A stretch of DNA of 64,000 nucleotides. It comes from Utricularia gibba (lineage: Eukaryota; Plantae; Magnoliophyta). A program made the position numbers and the translations under genes. Below, one piece after another: positions 42,368-53,160 of this stretch. Under the pieces are notes generated by a model, which was given only the letters and a program-made list of their open reading frames with translations, made no database searches and was not told the DNA's origin. The DNA is taken from assembly GCA_002189035.1 (NCBI GenBank), contig NEEC01000004.1, positions 1,364,001 to 1,428,000 of the forward strand. Reading direction: 5' to 3'. The stretch's first letter is position 1. Each line of letters opens with the position of its first letter.

Positions 42368-43081
42368 ATGGCTCGAGAAATATGGACGCTAATCCCGTTT
42401 CCGGCGAACGCTTCTGCAACCGCATCACGGACCACCCTTTTCAGAATCAATACGCTCGCCGTGAGACCTCTCGGGTCCCTAACCCTAGCAACCGCGCGCC
42501 CGTCGGCTGGATATCAAGTTCCGATTCCAGCGCGCGATACAGTCATTAGCTTCGGCAAGCACAAAGGGCGCATGCTCGGAACCCTTCCATCGAGCTACCT
42601 GAAATGGGTGTCGAGTAATCTGAGAGCGGGTGACACGGAAGTGTGGGCGAAACTTGCCGATGAAGTATTGGGAGATCCAGTGTACAGAGACAGGATGGAA
42701 TGGGAGGTGGCGGAGAAAGTTCTGACAGGGAACGGGATGCGGTCGGGCGACGGGGGGGATGCGGTGGCGGAATTGGGGGAAATTAGTGAGAGATTTGGAT
42801 GGGATGATGATGATAAATTAGGTTGGAGCAAGATCGACTGGAAGTTGCTGGGGACATCGATGGGTGGGAGGATTCCTCGTCGGAAAGGGAAGACTGGGGA
42901 ATCAGTTGACGACGGCCGTGTTGAGGACGAAGGTATAGCGGCACGGAGACGGCGGCGCCGGGAAAGGAAGATATCTGGATATGGAGACGGAAAAAGTGAC
43001 GATGCAAGAAAGCCGAAAGAGGTAGTTGACGCCGGTAAATTTCCCGGCCGAGAGGCCCTCCTCAGGCGCCTTTCGGAGTAA
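42368..43081 (+). CDS. Intronless plastid-type protein of unknown function with an FGKHKG...LP..YLKW motif
   Basis: Ser/Thr/Arg-rich N-terminus, then RDTVISFGKHKGRMLGTLPSSYLKWVSSNLRAG..WAKLADEVL.D.VYRDRMEWE. Resembles Arabidopsis At1g51080 as recalled. Confidence 0.75.
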   Translation: MAREIWTLIPFPANASATASRTTLFRINTLAVRPLGSLTLATARPSAGYQVPIPARDTVISFGKHKGRMLGTLPSSYLKWVSSNLRAGDTEVWAKLADEVLGDPVYRDRMEWEVAEKVLTGNGMRSGDGGDAVAELGEISERFGWDDDDKLGWSKIDWKLLGTSMGGRIPRRKGKTGESVDDGRVEDEGIAARRRRRRERKISGYGDGKSDDARKPKEVVDAGKFPGREALLRRLSE

Positions 43082-43897
43082 ACCTGACTATATTTTAGTA
43101 TTTTTCAGATATTAAAATATATATTTCATTATTTAACTGCTTTTATTTTAATTTAGAAGGAAATTCGCACAAGGTTACACAAAATCACATAAATTTACCA
43201 AAAAAATTTTCAAAAAAAAAAAAAGAAATGCAAGTGCTTGTTCATGTTACAGCTGTCGAAGCCACCAATCCTCTGCAAAATTCATGTAATTTTCAAGTGG
43301 CTATGGAAAGCAAGTAATTGCATTGGAAGCAGCTGCAGTTCATCGTCTAGAACATGAACGAAAACGGGCCTGCTTATCTATCCCAAAAAGGTGAACACTT
43401 TGGGCCATAGGCCCAGTTGTAATGTGCAGTGCATCTTCTTGAAGTTGTTAGCGTGGTGGTTACTGAACTTTACCCAGTTTTCTCTCCGTTTACTCAAGCA
43501 AACTGGAATGAAGCGCGGGGCGCGGGGACGGAGCACACTCCGCTCTGTAACTCGCGTTCTTGATTGAGCAACAACCTTAAGCTCCTCTTGTCGATTTTTC
43601 TAGTTTGATTGCTGTCCTACAGTTCAGGTACTGATTCTTTCCGAATGCCATTCACAATTTTCTGGTTTTTCTCGAGGAGCTCTTGTGTCTATGTATCAGG
43701 AATTTCAGCAGTCACTAACTACCCATTCCGTCATGCTTCATTTCCTTTTTCTTTTGGTTCATTTTTTGTTGGCGTTTGATTCGTTATCCCTATTGTTGTA
43801 TCCGTGTGAATTCCGGCCTTCTTGAACTTCATCCACACAAATATTCAGTGTTAGCATTTCTTGCAGTTATATTGTTTCAGTCTTAACTTTGTGGCAG

Positions 43898-45580
43898 ATG
43901 GGAGGGTTTCCTTTTTCAGTTTCAAGCAGTCCAGGGGCGCTCTACTGCTACTCCAACACCGGCTCAACGGTGATGAAAACCGTCAATTTTTTTCCACGTC
44001 CAGCAAGGGTGGTGAGGCCTGACAATAGGAAGCAACGTATAGTGAAAGCCACTTCATCTGCTGATATGAGCAGTTCTGGTAATAATTCGTCGCCACCAGC
44101 ATTAAAGGGACCATTATCATTTGTATTGGATCTACCCAGTGCCATTTGGAGGCGGACTCTGAGACCACTGAGTGATTTTGGATTCGGCACGAAGAGTATT
44201 TGGGAAGGTGGGGTAGGATTATTTCTCGTTTCAGGGATGCTTCTTTTGGCTCTTAGTCTGGCTTGGCTCAAGGGGTTTCATTTGAGGTCTAAATACCGAA
44301 AGTATTTGGCTGTGTTTGAGTTTGGACAAGCAAGCGGGATCTGCACTGGAACCCCCGTAAGAATTAGAGGAGTAAATGTAGGGAATGTAGTTCGTGTAAA
44401 TCCATCGCTGAGCTATATTGAGGCTGTAGCGGAGGTGAGTCTACCCTGTTACAAGTAACTATTTACAGCTAAGTTTCATGTTAGCCAAGTCCTTTGTGTT
44501 GCCACACTTTTCGCCTTTTTCCCCTTGTGTTGCCAGATTGAAGATGACAAAATTATCATACCCAAGAATTCATTGATTGAAGTCAATCAGTCTGGCCTTC
44601 TCATGGAAACCATGATTGACATTACACCACGGGATCCAATTCCAGTTCCTTCAGTTGGACCTCTTGATAGCAGATGTGTTGACGAAGGGCTGATTGTTTG
44701 TGATAGGCAGAAGATGAAGGGTGAGCAAGGTGTGAGTTTGGATACATTAGTCGGGATATTTACTCGCATTGGACGTGAAGTGGAGGAAATCGGTGTGGCG
44801 AACAGCTACTCATTGGCTGAACGTGTTGCTGCATTTGTTGAAGAGACACGACCCTTGCTTGCAAAAGTATGTCATCCTGCCCTTACTTGCCAACTTGGAA
44901 CACCAGTGTCTTATGAGCTGTTGTATGTGTATGAAGAAGCATGCCTAACTGATTCGGTGGCTTCTCAGATTCAAGCCATGGCTGATGATGTAGAGCCTTT
45001 GCTATCTGATTTCAACGATCGTGGCATGCTGAGGCAAGTTGAGCACTTGACTAAAAGCCTAGCGCAAGCCTCGGATGAGTTGAGGTGATTTCATAAGTCC
45101 CAATAAATCTGTCAAGCGTATCTGACTTCAACCAGTGCAAGCTTACATTTTTATCATCATCTGATCCTCATTTTTGCAGTGCTTCAGTCATATGCACCTT
45201 TTTTTTTTTGGTAGTCTCAAGCCTTCAGTCTAAAACGATTAATGATCATCTTGTTAGCTTTTGGACTCCTGTAAATAGGTTGTGATTCATTCTGGATTTA
45301 TGCATCACCTATGCAGAAGGGTTCAATCATCAGTTTTGACTCCAGAGAACATAGAAGTCATTCAGAAATCCATGTGTGCCCTCCTTTTCACCTTGAAGAA
45401 CATCGAGGTATCTTATAGCTCCAACCTTCTATTTCTTGTCACCAAATCCAATCACGCAACGGCTGATCATTTTGTGCAATGAAACAGAACATCAGCTCCG
45501 ATATAATGGGATTCACAGGTGATGAAGCTACAAGAAACAACTTGAAAATGCTTATCAAGTCCCTCAGCAGGATGCTGTGA
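43898..45580 (+). CDS. TGD2: TRIGALACTOSYLDIACYLGLYCEROL 2 (MCE/MlaD lipid-binding protein), multi-exon
   Basis: PLSDFGFGTKSIWEGGVGLFLVSG, GICTGTPVRIRGVNVGNV, IEVNQSGLLMETMIDITP; ends LKMLIKSLSRML*. 5'UTR intron from 43628. Confidence 0.92.
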
Positions 45581-46396
45581 GGAGTCCATGCAGTGCAGAG
45601 TCCAGGCATATCTTGAAATATTTCTCATAAGCCTTGTCATTGTAGCTGTGAAGCGGCACACAAATTTTCGCCCCCTTTTTCTTTAGAAACCATTCAGAAA
45701 GGTAGTATTCTTTATTACGAGGCACATGCTTGCACGATAAGAGGCGGAGGCAAGATTGTGTTTGAATGCCCAAAAGGGGGTGCTTGGCATTAGCCTGCCA
45801 AATGTGCTTTACATGAAACCTAACCTGCAATAATTCTGGCCCTCATTCGACTCACCTCAGCACAATGCACGACTATTTTCGGTTCGTTAATATTTTTCAT
45901 TACAACTACTAGATTCATGTGCCGACAATGAGATGGGATCTGCTGTGGGTGGGGTTTATTGACCACAAGCTGCTCGGGGTTGATGATGAAAGCTTGCATG
46001 AAACAGCAAAGGAATGCAATATCTGCAATGGAACTAGCTCTGAAATGCTCCATGGGAATCCCTACTTGGAAGAACCATTATGCAGTTATTGTTGCTATCT
46101 CTTCCATCAAACACCTATCAGAACTCTTTGGACTCGCCAATTCACTTCCCTTCCTCTACCTATCTACATTCCTATTGAGACAATGCGCACCGGTTTATAT
46201 GTTTGGCGAGGGGATCTTATAGATCAAGGATAAGTACTTTGCATTGTTTCCTCGGACAAATATATTATTACCGCAACTAAAGCAGCACCATCGCCACAAC
46301 AAGATTTTCTGGCCAACAACAGTAGTAAACATTAATCAACAGAGAAGTCCTTTGAGAACATGGATTGTTTATGAGCTTCATCACCAAAGCCATCTT

Positions 46397-47422
46397 TCAA
46401 TCTTCATCATCTGCAGCCCAAACAGATCGACTAAGCAGTTTAGAGGAATGAATAAAAAGAAAATTGTAAGCTCCAAAACCAAGAATTGATGTAATGGACT
46501 CTTCCCGTTTAAGATTTTATTGGAAATTGTAAATCTATGGTATAGTAAATAGAAGGTACGAGGACAGCTTAATAATGCAAATTAACCACAGGTTAAGCTT
46601 TACTATGGGAGATAGAATGTATATTGTAGGCAATGCTTCCTGAGGAAGAAAAAAGGTACGAGGAAGTTGCAATAAAAGATCACCTAAAAATGAAAACTGA
46701 CATTTAGAGCACTTGGAAAATGATCATAAAAAGACACCATAACCAAAAGCCAAAAACAAGAGAGAAAAAAATATTCTTAAACTGCATTAAACACAACTGA
46801 TATGTCATCTGGGAAAAAAGGACTCTCATGATTTGATGGATCAACCAGGCATTTCCAAGTACCAGTTTGGTAGTGAAAAATGAAGTTAGAGTGAACTTGG
46901 AGTGTGGCAGTGAAGACTGAAGCTATGGAGTTAACAGAGCTTACAAAAGAAGATCAATAGGCATCTCCAAGACAACAGATAAACAATTCACACCCAAATG
47001 GTTGAAACGGAGAATTGTCCCATTACTTTTAAATCAAATGGAAATCTTTGAATGCACAAGAAACACGAGCTAACCATCTATGGCTACGAATTATCAACGG
47101 AGGCACAGGGCATACCAAAGTAACGGCGCTCATTAGCTTCCTTGGCCCTGAGTAGAATCTTATCAAGATCCTCCGCAGCCTGGATGTCCCACTTGACCAT
47201 CTGATTAGCGAACACCGCTCCCAAACCCATACCCAGCAAATGCTCCCACGGATCTGCATTACCGATCATGAAGTCTTTGAATTCAACAAAGAATAAGGAA
47301 TTATGAAAGAAATGACAGCAATCCTACTCACGGCGCATGTAGGGGAGCTTCCGTAGAGCATTGGAGTACATCTGGGTTCCCAGCCCTAAGAACGCCCCAA
47401 TAACCGTCGCACTCAAAGGCAT
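46397..47422 (-). CDS. Mitochondrial complex I accessory subunit B14.5b/NDUFC2-like, 3 exons
   Basis: MPLSATVIGAFLGLGTQMYSNALRKLPYMR|HPWEHLLGMGLGAVFANQMVKWD..ANERRYF|DDED*. Confidence 0.88.
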
Positions 47423-47559
47423 CTTTTCCCTTCAGGAGCGGCAGCTTCCCTTTCCACAGATTATCGGGATAACTGATTCAATCACCAACCCTATCAGCGT
47501 AACACCGAAGATGTTCTTCAGTCGCAGAGAAAAAGTGATCCCCCAGCCTCCCTTATACT

Positions 47560-47660
47560 GGTTGGGCCGAGGTAAATTGGGCCGGTTTAATCGATAGGCC
47601 CAATAACTTCTATATTGGGCTAAAGATTGAGGGTACGGCCTACTCTTTGCTTGGGCTGTT
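47560..47660. promoter_or_regulatory. Site II array in the bidirectional promoter of NDUFC2 and PAC1
   Basis: Five TGGGCY/RGCCCA motifs, including the inverted pair GCCCAATA (47598-47605) / TATTGGGC (47613-47620). Confidence 0.65.
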
Positions 47661-48362
47661 TCTTGTTCGTCAATCCACTCGCGTTCTTCAATTCCGCTTT
47701 TAAACCCGATCTGCTCCTGGCAATCGTGAGTGTGTGAGACATCAGATTTGTTCGTGGATCTCGATAACAGGTATTTTCCCTTTCTTCCTGTCGTCTTATC
47801 TACACGAACCAATATGCGTGTTTTTTTCGGGGATAGTATTCATTTGCAAAACTTCTTCGGCATTGGAAATTTGGATTTACAGAAAAAAAATTTAATTTCG
47901 TAATGTATGCATGAAACGGAAGCTGCTGCGATGAATTTTGAACTGTAGGACAGGGGTTTTCGTGGTTTTGAGGGAAGAAGAAGTTGTTTTGGTTGGTTAA
48001 GTGGGGCATTTGGGAAGATCGGCGTTGTTTGTTTTTGACGGTAACGCTTTTGAAAGAGTAGTATTCAGTGGTTTTATTAAGGAAGTGATTTGTATGTGTT
48101 TGTCTGAGTCTTAGTCAAAGATTGGTTCTTTACGATTCTTAGCTTGTAATCCAATTGGAGAGTTTGGTCAAAGTGCAAGGATGATCATCTATCTTTTCTA
48201 GAATTTAGTTCACTCTCTTTTCTCAAGTACTTGCCATTTTGTTAGCTGGTAACTATCTGGTCTATCTCCATTTTCTCATGCCTAGTTTATTCCGTGGTAG
48301 GTTATTAGTTGAATGAGAACTTGATTTGGTGTTTCCGTTATATCTGCGTTAAAACAGTCAGA

Positions 48363-49112
48363 ATGTCACGAAGATACGACAGCCGCACAACAATCTTCTC
48401 ACCTGAAGGTCGTCTCTATCAAGTTGAGTATGCCATGGAAGCCATTGGAAATGCTGGTAGCGCCATTGGCATATTAGCTGCAGATGGGGTTGTGCTGATC
48501 GGTGAAAAGAAGGTGACCTCTAAGCTTCTCCAGGCTTCTGCATCTACCGAAAAAATGTACAAGATAGATGACCATGTGGCTTGTGCTGTAGCTGGAATCA
48601 TGTCAGATGCGAACATCCTCATTAACACAGCGAGAATCCAAGCTCAGCGCTATACTTTTGCCTACCAAGAACCAATGCCTGTCGAACAGCTTGTTCAATC
48701 GCTGTGCGACATGAAGCAGGGGTACACACAATTTGGTGGACTCAGACCATTTGGAGTCTCCTTTCTGTTTGCAGGTTGGGACAAGAACTACGGATTTCAG
48801 CTGTACATGAGTGATCCAAGCGGAAATTACAGTGGTTGGAAGGCTGCTGCAATTGGTGCAAACAGTCAGGCTGCACAGTCAATGCTTAAGCAGGACTACA
48901 AGGATGAGATAACTCGGGAAGAGGCTATCGAGCTTGCTCTCAAGGTACTTAGTAAAACCATGGACAGCACGAGTCTGACGTCGGAGAAGCTCGAGTTAGC
49001 CGAGGTGTTTATTTCGCATGGGAAGGTCAAGTATCAGGTTTGCACTACCGAGACCTTGACTAAACTGTTGATCAAGTCTGGAGTCACTCAACCAGCTGCA
49101 GAGGCTTCTTAG
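48363..49112 (+). CDS. PAC1: 20S proteasome subunit alpha type-4 (alpha3); intronless CDS with a 5'UTR intron
   Basis: [51 protein letters not shown]. Confidence 0.96.
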   Translation: MSRRYDSRTTIFSPEGRLYQVEYAMEAIGNAGSAIGILAADGVVLIGEKKVTSKLLQASASTEKMYKIDDHVACAVAGIMSDANILINTARIQAQRYTFAYQEPMPVEQLVQSLCDMKQGYTQFGGLRPFGVSFLFAGWDKNYGFQLYMSDPSGNYSGWKAAAIGANSQAAQSMLKQDYKDEITREEAIELALKVLSKTMDSTSLTSEKLELAEVFISHGKVKYQVCTTETLTKLLIKSGVTQPAAEAS

Positions 49113-49772
49113 ACCCTGGGCGGCCGGCATGTGTTTTGTGTTTTCTTTTGAGGTTGACTAATGCTTTGCTTCTAATTCGTAGTTGAAAACGCCAATGCCC
49201 AAGAATGATGTCTTAATGTCAAATTTGCGCTTAGTGGATACATACCAAATGAAACGCAGAGTTGGCTGGTAAGCTGTAGTAATCTCAACTCTAGAGGAAA
49301 GATTGTAGGGAAGTACATTTTCCTTGATTGTAGATTTGAAATTTTGAAAGCATTTCTGCAAAAATGTGCTTCAAACATGCTAATGGAAAGGCAGTCATCA
49401 TATGGAAGTTACCATTGCTGAAAGGCCTCTAAATTGAATGGATGCAGACAAGTTCAACTCAGTCTTATTTCCATTTCTGATGGAAGATAAAAGGAGGTCA
49501 ACTTGAGTTGCAATTTACAACTACTGAACAAACAAGATCAGGTTTTCACTATTTGACCCATGAAGGAGCCATCAGTAGTGCCAACCCTAACCATTAAGAG
49601 CAAGCTGCAACTGCTTCAAGTGCACTTCTAACTACGAGGAAAACTCACCTCTTCAAGGTGCGTCCTACAGACAGACGGATTTGTGCTTGAAGAATGTGAC
49701 ATTTCAAACCGAATGAATTATAGAGCAGAAGCCGCTGGGCTCTGACGGCCATATCAGAATACTCCGTCTTCA

Positions 49773-52484
49773 TTAGAAAGTCATGTGACCAGCAAGTCGA
49801 CTCTCTGAAATCCTCCTATCTATTGCAGCATCAATCGAAGTCATCTGCAGCATATGTAGAGAAAACACTTATGCATATGAAAAAAGAGTATCCTTCCATC
49901 TAGTGAAAAATTAAAGCCTCATTTGGTGATGGCAGGATACAATATCTGCAGAAAGAGCTGACCTGGAACACTGTACATGTTTGATCTTATAAAAGAGAAA
50001 TTGTACGAAGGCATGTTGGGTAATGGTTGTTGCACCAAATCAAACGCACAGGTGAAAGAAAATCGAATTGAAAAAAAATGGAGTTTCTAAAAGATTAAGT
50101 ACATACACTCTGATACAAGCCTTGCATGAGGCTAGTTGGAGATTCCTGGCATAGTCTCAGTATGCAAATCAGAACTAAATTACACACTACTGGCATTGAT
50201 AATTGAAGGTACCTACTTGAACCCTTGTAGAGCACACAATCTTTGGGACCCCTTGCCAACCGGGAAGTGGCCATAAAAGAAAATTAAATACCCATCGCAT
50301 AATGGGCAGAAATGTAGCAGTATGCGCGTATAGAGTGCATGACAGTTTTCTCATAATTTTTCAGACAGAATGACGCACATAAAGAGCTGCAGTCATGCTA
50401 GCGAAATAAACAAAATCGCATATAGTAGAAAATAACCAGATTCCAGTCCTTAGCCGCCTGGATTTTAAGGTGAAACACAGTCCAGCATCGAAACCGAAGA
50501 GGGTTACAAGCATGAAAGCATGACTTACCTGGATACTCTCATCATGCACCTGATACTTCGGCAGGGACATTCTTCTCTCCTCCTTCAAAAATTGAACAAA
50601 ATAGATGGCGTCAAAAAATAAGAGGATGATAGAGGTACATTGAGATCACATTATAAAATAGAAGATAGACAAACCATGGACATAGCTTCGTCATCCCAAA
50701 CTAAATACACCTCGTTTGTTGCAGGCTGCGAAGCTGGAGCCTTATTTGCAATTACAGGAGGCGGACCTATAGAAGGGCCACTGGTATTTGGACCCGAAGC
50801 ATATGAATGCGAACTTACAGATGTCACTGCCAAAAATTGTTATTAAACAATTAATTCCAACTGCAACATCATGTGTCTAAAAATAGTCAAAAAAACTAAC
50901 AATCTACTAATCCTAGGATGCATGTATTTCAACAAGATCAAACTGTGGCTGTAAATGTGGCATGGACAGGGATAAATTTTTTCTTTGGATGATCATGACA
51001 GCTTTTGAGAAGAATATAGAATCCGTAGTATACTATGAGGGATAATCCGACATACAATCATGTAAAAATATTCTAGGCTAAATTTCAGACTCAAACCTGG
51101 AGCTCCATAAGGATTGTAGCCATTTGTTAGATATGGGCTCGCATAATTAGCTTCACCACCCGTAACCTCGGAAGTTCCTAAAGGTGGAGCAACTGGGGCA
51201 GAAAATGGGGAGTTTTGAGAAAGATTGCTGTTTGGACCAACAGGGAATAATGGTTGAGAAACCGGATGTGGCAATGTGGCGGGCATCCCAGGAGGAGTGA
51301 TAGGTAAAATTGAGGGAGGAGCAACAGGCACCACAGGAGGTTGCACATTATGTACAGGAAACAGAGGCTGTTGAGGTGCCACAGCAGGTGGTGCCATTGA
51401 ACCGGTTTGACCTGGAGGATTCCAAGGCTGTGGGCGAGGAGGAATTGTCCAGCCTGCTGGAGGACCAGGTAATCTGGGGTTGTAACTGCATCAACCATAT
51501 CACAAAAATCACTACAATTTCAGGAAATAAAAAAAGTGCAGGCTTTCTCATCATTTGGTAGTCATCATGACAACATACGTATTCTTAGGCAACAATTGCA
51601 ATGCACAGCCTTAGCTTTAAATTCTGGTTCAGAGAGGAAGAAAAGGGCAGCTTGCAAAGGACTCACAATAAACATGCAAGTCCATATCAGTATTCTGATT
51701 TTATCCAGTAAGTGGAGCAAAAATAACCAAGATCTCGCACACATTTAGATTAAGTTTATCAAGGTATTAGAATAACTTACTGTGGAAGCATTGGTCTCAT
51801 ATGGAATCCTACACCGGGAGGCCCTGGTGCAATACTTCCAGGCATTTGAGCGGCAGGATGATCAACTTTAGCTGCTTTGGAAGGCTCTTCGTCTGCAAGG
51901 AGGGGACAGAAAAGGTATTAGCTCCGAAAAATGCCAAGTGCACATAAAAATTCCACGGAATACAACTTCTTGCCAGTTTACAGTGACCCAGTCATATAAC
52001 ACACGAAAAAAAAAAAACATCCTTGAATGAGTCCATGGGTAGATGAGGAATTACCATCCTCCCCATAATGCGCAGCCAAAACATCTGCAGGGATTCCTTC
52101 CATCCCATAAATATCAATTTCCGTCGACTCCCTTCCCGGTTTAGCATTTGGGACCCTGGAACAAAAACGAGTTATCATGCCAATCGAGAGCACCAAACTC
52201 TTACATCCGAAACCCAACATGAACAATCATAATAATAAACCAGAGCCCATTAAGAACTTGAAAAGCGAAACAGAGAAAGAAACTAACTTTGTAACTTGCT
52301 CCTTGTGAACCTGTAGAACATGGATAGCCATGCCACTGGCTGTAGAAAGCTTCTTGTGGCAAACGTGACACTTAAAATGCTTCGCCTTCTGATGCTGCAC
52401 CAATATCTTCTCGTCTTCAAATTCCCTGTCACAGTAGTAGCACCAGACCTTGTCCACCGCTCCTCTCTTCTTCTTCTTCCCCAT
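49773..52484 (-). CDS. SUF4: SUPPRESSOR OF FRI 4 / BuGZ (ZNF207)-like zinc-finger protein, multi-exon
   Basis: [54 protein letters not shown]; Pro-rich middle; [14 protein letters not shown]|[15 protein letters not shown]; last exon [23 protein letters not shown]. Confidence 0.92.
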
Positions 52485-53160
52485 CAGATACAAGGAAGTC
52501 CCAAATCAAGAAAGGCAAGATCTCTACAACCAAGCAGGATTCGCGTGTGCCAAGCCAATCAACTACACGTTACTAATTCTTGGAATGCAGAAAATGTGAT
52601 TTATGCGGTGTAAACCTAAGAGAGGAAGGGCCCAATTCTAGGGTTTGGCGAAAGGCTTCTTCGAGAGCAACGAATGATCCGTACATTACAAGGGCAGCAG
52701 ACGACGTCGTATAGAGTACTTGGGAAGCCCACGCCCATCATTTAAAATGGATGGAGAAACAAATAGCGTAAACTTTAGCCCAGGCTCAGGCCCAATATAC
52801 TTGTCGTTAGTTTACCCAAATCAAGAGAAAAACACTGTCCTCTGTAATGTCGTTCAGTAACTGCCGTGTCGGGCAAAATCTACCTTCAGCTTCTCCCCGC
52901 TCTTTTCAGCTGCGGCCTCCAGTTGCCAGTTCACTTCCATCCCTCAACCGTGGTATGGGGTCAGAGATGTAGGAAGTAGAGCCCTTTAACGGTTTTTTTT
53001 TTTTTTTCTCAGGTTCTCCTTTGGCCCCATCATGAGCAAGGGTGGTACATGTTGAAATCAGCTGCATTGGCTTCTGGGTTTCTGCAATTGGAGTTACTTT
53101 AGCTCCTGTTGTGGGTGCAGTTTCCCTAATTGGTCATTGGCTTTTCAATTGGTGAAAATT

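Noticed and set aside
46215-46265. FVRGNNAKYLS on the minus strand, resembling an Sm2/LSm6 motif
   Set aside because: No Sm1 motif or plausible exon structure upstream; it lies in the NDUFC2 3' region, so chance is likely.
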